A DNA stretch of 64,000 nucleotides from Candidatus Sericytochromatia bacterium (GCA_036676495.1 JAKFCT010000046.1:17029-81028), one strand, 5' to 3'; shown: positions 39,985 to 49,535, numbered from the stretch's first letter. Program-made: numbers and translations. Notes: generated from the letters alone by a model not told the origin.

Positions 39985-41544
39985 ATGCATATTACGATCG
40001 ATACCGCGAAGGTCGCCTACGGGCGCGAGCTCGCGCAACGTATCGCCAAGCCGATGCTTGAATACTTCCGCAGCCACTCGACGCTCGCCACCGAGCGCGC
40101 CGTGCTGCGGCTCTACGGCGTGGACGGAGTGGACGAGGCCGGCGTGCCCTGGCCGAACCGGGTGGTCGACGCCCTGGCCGCCCAGGACAAGCTCGCCCGG
40201 GGAGCCTCGTACTGGCTCGCGCATGCGGCGCTGTCGACCGGCAAGTCCATTCAAGAGGCGGCGATCGCCCTGGCCGAAGGCCAGGTCGACCTCGATGCCC
40301 CCATCCCCGACCGGGAGGTCACGGCCTGGGCCGACGATACCGCCGGACGCCTCCTCGACGACCTGCTTGCCAAGCGTCGTGAGCGCCAGGCCACCCGCGC
40401 GCGGCTGGGGCAAGGCCCGAAGCCCTGGCGCTACCTGATCGTCGCCACCGGCAACATCTACGAGGACGTGCCCCAGGCCGTCGCCGCCGCGCGCGCCGGA
40501 GCGGACATCATCGCCGTCATCCGCTCCACCGGGCAATCGCTGATCGACTTCGTCCCCTACGGCCACACCACCGAGGGCACCGGCGGCACCTACGCCACCG
40601 GCGCCAACTTCAAGCTGATGCGCGAAGCCCTCGACGAGGTCGGCGAGGAGTTGGGACGCTACATCCAGCTCACCAACTACGCCTCCGGCCTCTGCATGCC
40701 CGAGATCACCGCCCTGGCCGCCCAGGAAGGGCTCGACATGCTGCTCAACGACGCCATGTACGGGATCCTCTTCCGGGACATCAACATCTTCCGGACGCTT
40801 TGCGACCAGTACTTCTCGCGCCTGATCTGCGGAGCGACCGACATCATCATCAACACCGGTGAGGACAACTACCTCACCACCTCGGACGCCTTCGAGCAGG
40901 GCCACACGGTCCTGGCCAGCCAGTTCATCAACGAGAACTTCGCGCTGACGGCCGGCATGCCCCAGCGCCTGATGGGCCTCGGCCATGCCTTCGAGATGAA
41001 CCCCCGCACCCCCAACGGCCTCATGTACGAAATCGCCATGGCCCAGCTGGTGCGGCAGGTCTTCCCGGAGGCCCCGCTCAAGTACATGCCGCCGACCAAG
41101 CACATCACCGGCGACATCTTCCAGGCCCACGCCCATAACGCCCTCTTCAACCTGGTCTCGGTGCTGACCCACCAGGAAATCCACCTGATCGGCATCCTGA
41201 CCGAGGCCATCCACACCCCGTTCGCCTCGGATCGCTTCATGGCGCTCACCAACACCAACTACGTCTTCAACTACGCCCAGGACATGGGCGCCGAGCTCGA
41301 GTTCAAGGAAGACGGGATCGTCGCCAACCGGGCCCGCGAGGTCCTGGACAAGTCCATCGAACTGCTCGAGGAAGTCGAGCGCATGGGCATGGTGGAAGCC
41401 ATCGGCAAGGGCGTCTTCGCCGACGTCAAGCGCGCTCCCGACGGCGGCAAGGGCTACCTCGGCGTCTTCGCGCGCGCGGCCGATTACATGAATCCCTTTA
41501 TGACCCGCCTGGAGCGGCTGAATCACGTGGAGGCGCTGCGGTGA
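39985..41544 (+). CDS. kamD: lysine 5,6-aminomutase alpha subunit
   Basis: IVATGNIYED, AVIRSTGQSLIDFVPYG, NYASGLCMPEI, KYMPPTK. Confidence 0.95.
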   Translation: MHITIDTAKVAYGRELAQRIAKPMLEYFRSHSTLATERAVLRLYGVDGVDEAGVPWPNRVVDALAAQDKLARGASYWLAHAALSTGKSIQEAAIALAEGQVDLDAPIPDREVTAWADDTAGRLLDDLLAKRRERQATRARLGQGPKPWRYLIVATGNIYEDVPQAVAAARAGADIIAVIRSTGQSLIDFVPYGHTTEGTGGTYATGANFKLMREALDEVGEELGRYIQLTNYASGLCMPEITALAAQEGLDMLLNDAMYGILFRDINIFRTLCDQYFSRLICGATDIIINTGEDNYLTTSDAFEQGHTVLASQFINENFALTAGMPQRLMGLGHAFEMNPRTPNGLMYEIAMAQLVRQVFPEAPLKYMPPTKHITGDIFQAHAHNALFNLVSVLTHQEIHLIGILTEAIHTPFASDRFMALTNTNYVFNYAQDMGAELEFKEDGIVANRAREVLDKSIELLEEVERMGMVEAIGKGVFADVKRAPDGGKGYLGVFARAADYMNPFMTRLERLNHVEALR

Positions 41545-42311
41545 GCAACCCAACCTACCCCCGGAAACCCGACCTCACCAAGATCCGTCCCTACGGCGAC
41601 ACGCTCGACGACGGGAAGGTCCAGCTGAGCTTCACCCTGCCGGTGCCGGCAGGCCCGGAAGCCTACGAGGCCGCCAAGCGGCTCGTGCTCATGATGGGCC
41701 TCGAGGATCCGTCGATCGTCTCGATGCAGGCGGTCGACCCCACGCTGACCTACTTCATCGTCTACGGCGCCTGCACCAAGACCGTCGACTTCACCAGCAT
41801 CTACGTGCCCCGCTCCGAGTTCACCGTCATGGACATGGGTGAAGTGGACGACCTCATCGAGAAGGAATTCGGGCGCGAGCTGACGATCGTCGGCGCCTGC
41901 ACCGGCACCGACGCCCATACCGTGGGCATCGACGCCATCATGAACATGAAGGGCTTCAACGGCCACTACGGCCTGGAGCGCTACCGGATGATCAACGCCA
42001 TCAACATGGGCGCCCAGGTGCCCAACGAGACGCTGGTGGCTCGGGCGATCGCCGAAAAGGCCGACGCCATCTTGGTCTCCCAGGTGGTCACCCAGAAGAA
42101 CCTCCACATCATGACCCTCACGAACCTGATCGAGATCCTCGAGGCCGAAGGCCTGCGCGGCAAGATGGTGGTGGCGGTCGGCGGCCCCCGGATCACCCAC
42201 GACCTCGCGACCGAGCTGGGCTTCGACGCGGGCTTCAGCGTGGGCTCCTACGCCGAGGACGTCGCCAGCTTCGTGGTCCAGGAGCTGATTCGGCGCCGGG
42301 ACGCCCAGTAA
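41541..42311 (+). CDS. kamE: lysine 5,6-aminomutase beta subunit (B12-binding)
   Basis: PYGDTLDDGKVQLSFTLP; DAHTVGIDAIMNMKG (DxHxxG plus PLP Lys). Confidence 0.95.
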   Translation: MSNPTYPRKPDLTKIRPYGDTLDDGKVQLSFTLPVPAGPEAYEAAKRLVLMMGLEDPSIVSMQAVDPTLTYFIVYGACTKTVDFTSIYVPRSEFTVMDMGEVDDLIEKEFGRELTIVGACTGTDAHTVGIDAIMNMKGFNGHYGLERYRMINAINMGAQVPNETLVARAIAEKADAILVSQVVTQKNLHIMTLTNLIEILEAEGLRGKMVVAVGGPRITHDLATELGFDAGFSVGSYAEDVASFVVQELIRRRDAQ

Positions 42312-42317
42312 GCCGTC

Positions 42318-42371
42318 CGTCATTCCCGCGAAAGCGGGAATCCAGTAGGCTCCCGCTTTCACGGGAGTGAC
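42318..42371. repeat. inverted pair of CGTC-type REP elements
   Basis: CGTCATTCCCGCGAAAGCGGGAATCC-AGTA-GGCTCCCGCTTTCACGGGAGTGAC. Confidence 0.8.
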
Positions 42372-42406
42372 GGGGGTTGGGAGCGGGAGTGACGGGTGAC
42401 GGACAC

Positions 42407-42446
42407 TCCCCCGCTCCCGCAACGCGGGAGCGGGGGATTCCTTTTT
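42407..42446 (+). terminator. intrinsic terminator after kamDE
   Basis: TCCCCCGCTCCCGC-AAC-GCGGGAGCGGGGGA-TTCCTTTTT. Confidence 0.75.
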
Positions 42447-42531
42447 GAAAAACGCCCCGTCGCCGGTTTGTGCGCGTTGCGGGAGGTGCTAGATTGGCCT
42501 CGGGAACTCCCGCCCCCGAAAGGAGAGGGCC

Positions 42532-43413
42532 ATGCGCGTGCATCACCTCAACTGCGGAACCTGGTGCCCTCCCGCCGCCCGCCTCTTCAACGGCACCGAC
42601 GGCTACGCCTCGCCCGGAAAGCTCGTTTGCCACTGCCTGCTCATCGAATCGGACGAGGGCCTCGTCCTCGTCGACACCGGCCTGGGCGTCCAGGACCTGG
42701 AGGACCCGAGCTCCCGCATCGGAGCCGGCTGGACCGCCCTGATGCGCCCCGAGGCCGACCCGGAACAGAGCGCCCTGCGGCAAGTCGAAGAGCTCGGCTT
42801 CTACCACGACGACGTCCGGCACATCATCGTCACCCACCTGGACTTCGACCATGCCGGCGGCATCCCGGACTTCCCCGAGGCCAAGGTCCACGTCTTCGAA
42901 CCCGAGTACGAGGCCGCGATGCACCCCGACACCTTCCGGGAGCGCTTCCGCTACAAGCCCAACCAGCTCAAGCGGGCGCATGAGTGGGTCCGCTACGAAC
43001 TCGAGGGCGATCGCTGGTTCGGCTTCGACGCGGTCCGCACCCTGGGAGACCTCAACCTCGACATCCTGCTGATCCCGCTGGCCGGCCATACCCGCGGCCA
43101 CTGCGGAGTCGCCGTTCGGACGCCGGAGGGCTGGCTGCTGAACGCCGGAGACGCCTACTTCCATCACGACGAGCTCTGGAGCAAGGGAGAAGAGCCCCCC
43201 CTGGGCCTGAAGCTCTACCAGAGCGTCATGCACATGAACAAGCACAAGCGCCAGGCCAACATGGACCGCCTCCGTGCGCTCGCCCGGGAGCAATCCCGCC
43301 AGGTGAAAATCTTCAGCTCTCATGATCCGTCCGAGCTCGCGGCCTTCCACGAGCCGGAGCTGGTCTACCCGCCGATCGGGACCGAACCCCGCTTCGGGCG
43401 CAGGCCCCGATAG
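42532..43413 (+). CDS. metallo-beta-lactamase fold hydrolase
   Basis: LVDTG, THLDFDHAGG, GHTRGH, GDA, SSHD. Confidence 0.9.
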   Translation: MRVHHLNCGTWCPPAARLFNGTDGYASPGKLVCHCLLIESDEGLVLVDTGLGVQDLEDPSSRIGAGWTALMRPEADPEQSALRQVEELGFYHDDVRHIIVTHLDFDHAGGIPDFPEAKVHVFEPEYEAAMHPDTFRERFRYKPNQLKRAHEWVRYELEGDRWFGFDAVRTLGDLNLDILLIPLAGHTRGHCGVAVRTPEGWLLNAGDAYFHHDELWSKGEEPPLGLKLYQSVMHMNKHKRQANMDRLRALAREQSRQVKIFSSHDPSELAAFHEPELVYPPIGTEPRFGRRPR

Positions 43414-44297
43414 GCCTCGGAGCGCCAGATCCACCAGGGCTCGCGCGTCTCCGTGACGATGGTCTCCGGAGGGAAGAGCTTGCGCACCGCCCGGTTGAGA
43501 TCGCACCACATGAAGCGGATGCCCGAGCACGCCCGCGCCCGGGTCCGCTCCTGCAGCCTCCGGATCAGCATCGGCGCGAGTCCGCCTCCCTGCACGTCCC
43601 GGCTGAGCGCCAGCTCGTAGAGGAAGACCTCGTCGGGAGCGGAAAGCGTGGCGATGAGTACCCCCACGAGCCGCTCCCCGTCCAGCACCATGGCGCTCAC
43701 GTCCGGCAAGAAAGTCCCGAAACGGCCTTCCCGGATCTCAGCGAGCCGCGTCATGCAGGCCTCGGGGGTGGGCAGCTCGGGAAAACACAGGAACAAGCCG
43801 TCGATCGTGCCCTGGGTGCTGGCTGAAAGCAGGCTGGCCGCCTCCGGGTCGCGGGCCGGATCCCAGTCGATCAGCCGGAAGGGCTCGGGGACGTCCAGGG
43901 GCGCCGGAGGCACGCGGCAGAGCTCCTGGACCATGTCGATCCGCTCGATGCGCTGAAAGCCGTGCCGCTTCAGGCCAGGGGCCAGCACGGCCTCTCCGAA
44001 GCGCTCGGGAGCCATGAGCGCGAGGGTGCCGGCGGCTTGAAGGGGGGCGATCGCCGCCTCCAGGAGCGCTTCGCGCGCTTGCGGGTCCCGCGCGTAGAGG
44101 CCGCCCAGGATCCGGACCTCCTGACCCGGCAGGAAGGCGAAGCCACGGGGTCCCTGAGGCATGGCCCAGATTCGCAGGTGCTCGGGAGTCGCGAAGACGG
44201 CGTCGCGGAGGCCCACCACCTCGGGGGCCTCCGCGGCGAACTCCGCGAGCAAGGTTTCGACGGCCAGGAAATCCAGCGGGTGAAACGCTCGGAGCAA
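43365..44297 (-). CDS. tandem GNAT-family acyltransferase
   Basis: C-terminal motif A LYELALSRDVQGGGLAPML..NRAVRKLF; TTG start just after the upstream stop (alternative start 44315). Confidence 0.7.
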   Translation of the reverse strand: MLRAFHPLDFLAVETLLAEFAAEAPEVVGLRDAVFATPEHLRIWAMPQGPRGFAFLPGQEVRILGGLYARDPQAREALLEAAIAPLQAAGTLALMAPERFGEAVLAPGLKRHGFQRIERIDMVQELCRVPPAPLDVPEPFRLIDWDPARDPEAASLLSASTQGTIDGLFLCFPELPTPEACMTRLAEIREGRFGTFLPDVSAMVLDGERLVGVLIATLSAPDEVFLYELALSRDVQGGGLAPMLIRRLQERTRARACSGIRFMWCDLNRAVRKLFPPETIVTETREPWWIWRSEAYRGLRPKRGSVPIGG

Positions 44298-44298
44298 G

Positions 44299-45261
44299 CT
44301 ACTTCCGATCGGCAAAGGGATTGGTCCCCGGCATCATGCGCCGGGTCTGCTTACCCAGGGGCTGGGTGGACTTCGCAGGCGAGGTGAGGGAGCCGGACTT
44401 GCCGGGAGTGGCGGACTGCTTGAAGGGCGGCTCGGCGGCCGGGGCCGCGTTGGCGAAGAGCTCCGCCAGCTCGGGATAAGGAGCGAGTTGCTCGGCCAGG
44501 CGCTCGAGGTAGAACATCTTGCCGCGAAGCTTGTAGAAAGCGCTCGTGTTTCCCAGGAGATGGGAGAGCTCCCAGTCGTACTCTCCGACTCCCTTGAGGG
44601 CCCGGTAGGCCTCCTTGAGCAAGGCCTGGGTATCCTGGAAATGCGTGATCGCCAGGGAGAGGACGGGCTTGATCTCGGGGGCGTTCGCGACGGCGGTGGC
44701 GGCCCGGGAAACGCGGATCGGATCGACCGTCGTGTCCGGCAGCAACGGCTGCTCGGGGTTCAGGATGCGCTGCACGATCAGGACGGGCTCTTGGACATCC
44801 GCCAGCAGCAAACGCGCAGCCGCCGCATCCACCTGGGCTTTGGCCAGGAGGTACGGCTTGCTCTGGGTCGAGTCGGAGAACTGGACGTCCTGGGGGGCGG
44901 CCGCCGCGAGGCCGGCCCGGATGGATTCCAGGTTGGCCCGGTAATCATGGCTTTGGATCGCGACCATGGCCTTGCTTGCCTGGTAAAGCTCCTGGCTGGC
45001 CCGAAGCTTCTCGAGGAGCGGCCCATCACCCGGCGCCGGAGGCCCCGCCTCGACCTCCGCGATGAAGGGGGTCAGCTGGGAGATCATCCGGTCGTAGTAG
45101 GCAACGCGCTCGAGGTTCTGCTTCAGCAGGCCGTCGAGCTGAGCCAGACGGGCACGGGAGTCCCGCTGCACCTGCTCCTGGAGCTCCGTGAATTGCTTGC
45201 GCAGCGCCTCTTCCTCGGCGATCTCCGCGGGGCTCCGGGGCTGGGGGTTAGGGTTGGCCAT
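44299..45261 (-). CDS. hypothetical helical protein (partner B), paralog of 45556-46539
   Basis: Shared motifs EKLxASxxLY, ANLE, YLLAKAxxD, DWxL, KLxGK. Confidence 0.8.
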   Translation of the reverse strand: MANPNPQPRSPAEIAEEEALRKQFTELQEQVQRDSRARLAQLDGLLKQNLERVAYYDRMISQLTPFIAEVEAGPPAPGDGPLLEKLRASQELYQASKAMVAIQSHDYRANLESIRAGLAAAAPQDVQFSDSTQSKPYLLAKAQVDAAAARLLLADVQEPVLIVQRILNPEQPLLPDTTVDPIRVSRAATAVANAPEIKPVLSLAITHFQDTQALLKEAYRALKGVGEYDWELSHLLGNTSAFYKLRGKMFYLERLAEQLAPYPELAELFANAAPAAEPPFKQSATPGKSGSLTSPAKSTQPLGKQTRRMMPGTNPFADRK

Positions 45262-45273
45262 GTCGCTTCAGGC

Positions 45274-45528
45274 TCAGCTCCGCTGCAAGGTCAGCGAGCG
45301 CTGCTGGCGCATCCGCTCGAGCGCTTGATCGTCCACGGCCCGCTGGGCGGCGGCATCCGCACGCTGATTGTCTTGCTGATTGCCCCGCATGGCCTGGCTC
45401 ATGGAGTTCAGGCCGCTCTGGATGCCTTGCAGCATTTGAATGCCCTGCTGAAGGACCCGTGAGACCTGGTTGACGATGTTGCTGACCTGATTGACGACGT
45501 TGCCGATGGCTTTGACTGCACCGCCCAT
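45274..45528 (-). CDS. small amphipathic Q/N-rich protein B (84 aa, MGGAV start)
   Basis: AAGGAGG RBS; heptad-like hydrophobic pattern. Confidence 0.8.
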   Translation of the reverse strand: MGGAVKAIGNVVNQVSNIVNQVSRVLQQGIQMLQGIQSGLNSMSQAMRGNQQDNQRADAAAQRAVDDQALERMRQQRSLTLQRS

Positions 45529-45555
45529 GACGGACCTCCTTATCGGTTTAGGAGC

Positions 45556-46539
45556 TTATCCCTGCTTGTTGAGGAGCCGGCCCGTGCCGCCCAGGTTGCC
45601 GGTCTGACCGGGCTTGGATGGCCCCAGCTTGCCCGTCTGGTTGAGGCGGCCGGTGCCGGCGCCGGTCACCGGAGCGGGGGTCATCCAGGCATGCTCGCGC
45701 TGGTAGGGAGGGGGCTCGACGGGCTCGGGCTTCAGGAAGATCTCGGCGAGCGGCGTGCCTTCCACCTGCTCCGGCAGGCGGTCCAGCTGGAGGAGCTTGC
45801 CCTTGAGCTTGCCCCAGACCTTGTCGCCGAACTCGTGGATCAGATCGAGGGACCAGTCGAACTTCCGGATGCCGCGGACGACCTTCTTGCCTTCCTCGAC
45901 GAGGTCGCGGGACTCCTTGAAGGTCGAGAGCGCGAGGTTCATCTCGATCTTGAGCTTGGAATCCTTGTCGAGGCAATCCTTGATCTGCAGGACCAGCGGA
46001 TTGTCGACGTCCTTGCGCTGAGGGGCGAAGTACCATTCGAGGATGGACATCGGCAGGCCGTGGCCGGCCAGCTTCAGCCGCGCTCCCGCGACGTCGGTCT
46101 CGGCCTTGGCCAGCAGGTACTCGGGAGCCTCGCTGATATCCGTGAACTTGGCCTCCGGGTTGAGCTCGCCCGAGGCGATCTCGAGGTTGGCCTTCATCTC
46201 CCCCATCTGCAGCTCGACGAGGCGGATGCCCGCTTCGTAGAGGTCCAGGCTGGCCTGGAGCTTCTCGCCGATCATCTCGGCGTAAGGGGAGGGAGGAACG
46301 GACTCCATTTCCTTGAGAAGCGGCCGCAGCTCGGCCAGCTGCGCCTGCAGGAAGGCCAGGCGAGCCTGGTTCTCCTGGATCATGTCGGTCAAGGCGTTGC
46401 GGGTCTGGCCGGAGATCTGCGTCACTTTCGCGGTGATCTGCTCCAGCTCCCCGCGAAGACGCTCGGCTTCGGCCTGAAGGCGCGCCTCCTCGGCGGCTTC
46501 CTCGGGGGTCTGGATGGGGCCCGTTCCTCGGTTCTGCAT
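45556..46539 (-). CDS. hypothetical helical protein (partner A) with TGxL tail repeats
   Basis: AAAGGA RBS; N-terminal coiled coil; paralog of 44299-45261. Confidence 0.8.
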   Translation of the reverse strand: MQNRGTGPIQTPEEAAEEARLQAEAERLRGELEQITAKVTQISGQTRNALTDMIQENQARLAFLQAQLAELRPLLKEMESVPPSPYAEMIGEKLQASLDLYEAGIRLVELQMGEMKANLEIASGELNPEAKFTDISEAPEYLLAKAETDVAGARLKLAGHGLPMSILEWYFAPQRKDVDNPLVLQIKDCLDKDSKLKIEMNLALSTFKESRDLVEEGKKVVRGIRKFDWSLDLIHEFGDKVWGKLKGKLLQLDRLPEQVEGTPLAEIFLKPEPVEPPPYQREHAWMTPAPVTGAGTGRLNQTGKLGPSKPGQTGNLGGTGRLLNKQG

Positions 46540-46571
46540 GATGTGTTTTTCCTTTTTAGGTTACCAGCGCC

Positions 46572-46901
46572 TTAGAACGCCTGGCGAACGGCCTGAACGG
46601 CTGAGTTGAGCTGTTGGAAGGGTTGGGCGATGTTCTGAACCTGACCGGAGGCCCGCTGGAGGAAGCCGCCCACTTCGTTGCCGGCCGAGCGAGCGACGTT
46701 CGCCCAATCGTCCACCGAGCGCGCTTCCTGAGCCCGCTGCCGGATGCCGTCGAAGATCTTGCCGAAGTCCCCGAACATGTTGCTGAAGCTCGAGATGGCC
46801 CCCGAGATGTTGTTGACGATGTTGCCGATCGAGCTGATGGCGTTGCCGATCCCCTGGACCGCGTTGGCGACGTTGCTGATGGCGTTGACTGCTCCACCCA
46901 T
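46572..46901 (-). CDS. small amphipathic N/S/G-rich protein A (109 aa, MGGAV start)
   Basis: GAGGAGG RBS before ATG 46901; N-terminus aligns with 45274-45528. Confidence 0.8.
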   Translation of the reverse strand: MGGAVNAISNVANAVQGIGNAISSIGNIVNNISGAISSFSNMFGDFGKIFDGIRQRAQEARSVDDWANVARSAGNEVGGFLQRASGQVQNIAQPFQQLNSAVQAVRQAF

Positions 46902-47156
46902 GGTTGGCCTCCTCTCAACTTTCCCTGTTACATCAGGACGAGAATCGCGTTGCTGCTCCTCTTGTACCAAGTTTTGCCAGCCGCTCCACCGCTTTAACTG
47001 AAAAAAATGGACATCGGGGCAAGGCTTAACGAGAGCAAAGGTGGATTTAACGAAGTAAACGCTTCCTAAACAAAGGGTTCCCTTGCGGGCGCCTTTCCGG
47101 CACAATGATATCAGTAGAGCCGGCCCGGGCGCCGGCCGTGACGGGAGACCCACACC

Positions 47157-47561
47157 ATGTCTGAATACACGTCCATGATTCGCCTGCGCATGGGAGAGCA
47201 TGACGCTCACTACGCGGGCAGCCTGGTTGCAGGCGCCAAGATGCTGGAGCTGTTCGGCGACGTCGCCACGGAGCTTCTGATCCAGCTCGACGGAGACGAA
47301 GGCCTCTTCGTGGCCTATTCCAACGTCGAGTTCCTCAAGCCCGTCTACGCCGGGGATTACATCGAGGCCATCGGCCGCGTCACCAAGGTCGGCAACACCT
47401 CGCGCACCATGGAGTTCGAGGCCCGCAAGGTCATCCAGCTCTGCCGCCGGGACGGCCTCTCGGAGTCGGCCGCCGAGATCCTCGACGCTCCCGAAGTGGT
47501 CTGCCGTGCGACCGGCACCTGCGTGACCCCCAAGGACAAGCAGCGGCTCGCAGGAGTCTGA
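47157..47561 (+). CDS. kal: 3-aminobutyryl-CoA ammonia-lyase
   Basis: Hotdog fold; [32 protein letters not shown]. Confidence 0.93.
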   Translation: MSEYTSMIRLRMGEHDAHYAGSLVAGAKMLELFGDVATELLIQLDGDEGLFVAYSNVEFLKPVYAGDYIEAIGRVTKVGNTSRTMEFEARKVIQLCRRDGLSESAAEILDAPEVVCRATGTCVTPKDKQRLAGV

Positions 47562-47562
47562 G

Positions 47563-48405
47563 ATGAGCCGCAATCCGCTGATTATCACCTGCTCGCCGGT
47601 CGGCGCCGAGGTCATGAAGACGGATAACCCGGCCGCTCCCTACACTCCCGCCGAGATCGCCCAGGAGGCGATTGGCGCCGTGAAGGCCGGGGCGTCGATC
47701 GTCCACCTTCACGCCCGCGAGGAGGACGGCACCCCCAGCCAGCGGACGGCGCTCTTCGCGGAGGCCGTCCGGCTGATCCGTCGGGAAGTCGATGTCATCA
47801 TCCAGATCTCGACCGGTGGCGCCGTCACCGCCACTCCCGACGAGCGCCTGGCGCCCGTGCGAGAGCTCGATCCGGCTCCCGAGATGGCCTCCCTCACCCT
47901 GGGAACGGTCAACTTCGGCGGCGACGTCTTCTGGAACGCGCCGGACCTCATCGAGACCTTCGCCAAGGAGTTCCAGCTGCGCGGCATCAAGCCCGAGCTC
48001 GAGATCTTCGAGGCGGGCATGATGACGACCGCGCAGCGCCTCGTGAAGAAGGGGCTGCTGACGGGCCCCCTGCACTACGACTTCGTGCTGGGAGTGCCGG
48101 GAGCGCTGGCGGGGACGCCGGAGAACCTCATGTACCTGTACGGCCAGCTGCCGGAAGGGGCGACCTGGACGGTCGCGGGGATCGGGGCCGCCGAGCTGAA
48201 GCTGGGGACCATGGCGATCGCCCTGGGAGGCCATGTCCGCGTGGGCTTCGAGGACAACGTCTTCTACCGCAAGGGCGAGCTCGCCAAGAGCAACGCGCAG
48301 CTGGTCGAGCGGATCGCGCGGATCGCCGCCGAGCTGGATCGCCCCGTCGCCACCCCGGACGAGGCCCGCGCCCTGCTTTCGATGCAGCAAAGGAGCCTGG
48401 CATGA
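47563..48405 (+). CDS. kce: 3-keto-5-aminohexanoate cleavage enzyme
   Basis: GAE, HLHAR, STGGA, RVGFEDN; lies between kal and kdd. Confidence 0.93.
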   Translation: MSRNPLIITCSPVGAEVMKTDNPAAPYTPAEIAQEAIGAVKAGASIVHLHAREEDGTPSQRTALFAEAVRLIRREVDVIIQISTGGAVTATPDERLAPVRELDPAPEMASLTLGTVNFGGDVFWNAPDLIETFAKEFQLRGIKPELEIFEAGMMTTAQRLVKKGLLTGPLHYDFVLGVPGALAGTPENLMYLYGQLPEGATWTVAGIGAAELKLGTMAIALGGHVRVGFEDNVFYRKGELAKSNAQLVERIARIAAELDRPVATPDEARALLSMQQRSLA

Positions 48406-48460
48406 ATCCCATCAATAGCCGACAGGCATTCGGAGTAGATTCTCCGGCGAGGAACGAGCG

Positions 48461-49519
48461 ATGACCATGACCATGACCGCCAACCCCTTCGGAACCCACC
48501 GGGTCATCCGGCCCCAGGGAGCCCTCCCCTACTCGGGCGAGAAGCTCGACCCCAGCCTTCCGGCGCTGGACACGGAGCTGGCCATCGAGGTCGAGGCCCT
48601 GAACATCGACTCGGCCTCCTTCAACCAGCTCAAGCAAGCCGCCGACGGCGACGCCGCCAAGCTCGGAGCCATGGTCATGGAGATCGTCCGGGAGCGCGGC
48701 AAGATGCACAACCCCGTCACCGGCTCGGGCGGCGTCCTGATCGGCCGGGTTTCGGAGCGCGGAGCCAAGCGCACGGACGACGTGAAGGTGGGCGATCGCC
48801 TCGTCACCCTGATCTCGCTCACCACCACCCCCTTGCACCTGGAGTCGGTCGGTGAGGTCGACTGGAGCGCCCACCAGATCAAGGTGAAGGGCCATGCGAT
48901 CCTCTTCGAGCGCAGCCTCTACGCCAAGATCCCCACGGACCTCCCCGAGAAGCTCGCCATGTCGGTGCTGGACGTCTGCGGCGCCCCAGCCCAGACCGAA
49001 CGCCTGGTCAAGCCCGGCATGCGGGTCGTCATCCTCGGAGCCGCCGGCCGCTCGGGCCTCTTGTGCTCCTGGGTCGCCGCCAGCCAGGTCGGCCCCGAGG
49101 GCCAGGTCATCGGGATCGTCCCCAAGCTTCCCGTCCCCGGCAAAACCGTCACCCAGGCGGAGTTCATGCAGCGCTTCCCGCTGCCCATGACCGTCGTCGA
49201 GGGCGACGCCCTCGATCCGGTCGCCACTTACGAGCAGGTCGGCGCCTTGACCGACGGCCAGTACGCGGATCTGGTCATCAACTGCGTGAACGTCCCCAAC
49301 ACCGAGATGGCGAGCATCCTGGCCTGCCGGAACGGTGGGAAGGTGTACTTCTTCAGCATGGCCACCTCCTTCACGGCGGCCGCCCTCGGCGCCGAGAGCG
49401 TCGGACAGGATATCGAGCTGCTGATCGGCAACGGCTACGCCAAGGGCCATGCCGAGATGAGCCTCGACCTCGTGCGCAAGCACCCCGCCCTGCGCGAGCT
49501 CCTGGAGGCCCTGGAGTAA
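48461..49519 (+). CDS. kdd: L-erythro-3,5-diaminohexanoate dehydrogenase
   Basis: FGTHRVI, LNIDSASF, RGKMHNPVTGSGG, FFSMATSFTAAALGAE. Confidence 0.93.
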   Translation: MTMTMTANPFGTHRVIRPQGALPYSGEKLDPSLPALDTELAIEVEALNIDSASFNQLKQAADGDAAKLGAMVMEIVRERGKMHNPVTGSGGVLIGRVSERGAKRTDDVKVGDRLVTLISLTTTPLHLESVGEVDWSAHQIKVKGHAILFERSLYAKIPTDLPEKLAMSVLDVCGAPAQTERLVKPGMRVVILGAAGRSGLLCSWVAASQVGPEGQVIGIVPKLPVPGKTVTQAEFMQRFPLPMTVVEGDALDPVATYEQVGALTDGQYADLVINCVNVPNTEMASILACRNGGKVYFFSMATSFTAAALGAESVGQDIELLIGNGYAKGHAEMSLDLVRKHPALRELLEALE

Positions 49520-49535
49520 CCACTGCAAGGAACCC

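Noticed and set aside
45540-45566. ACCGATAA as a sigma28 -10 for small protein B
   Set aside because: It overlaps the RBS and has no TAAA-like -35 at the right spacing
46902-47615. 347-aa ORF as the form of small protein A
   Set aside because: The extension runs antisense through kal; a strong RBS and the paralog alignment place the start at 46901
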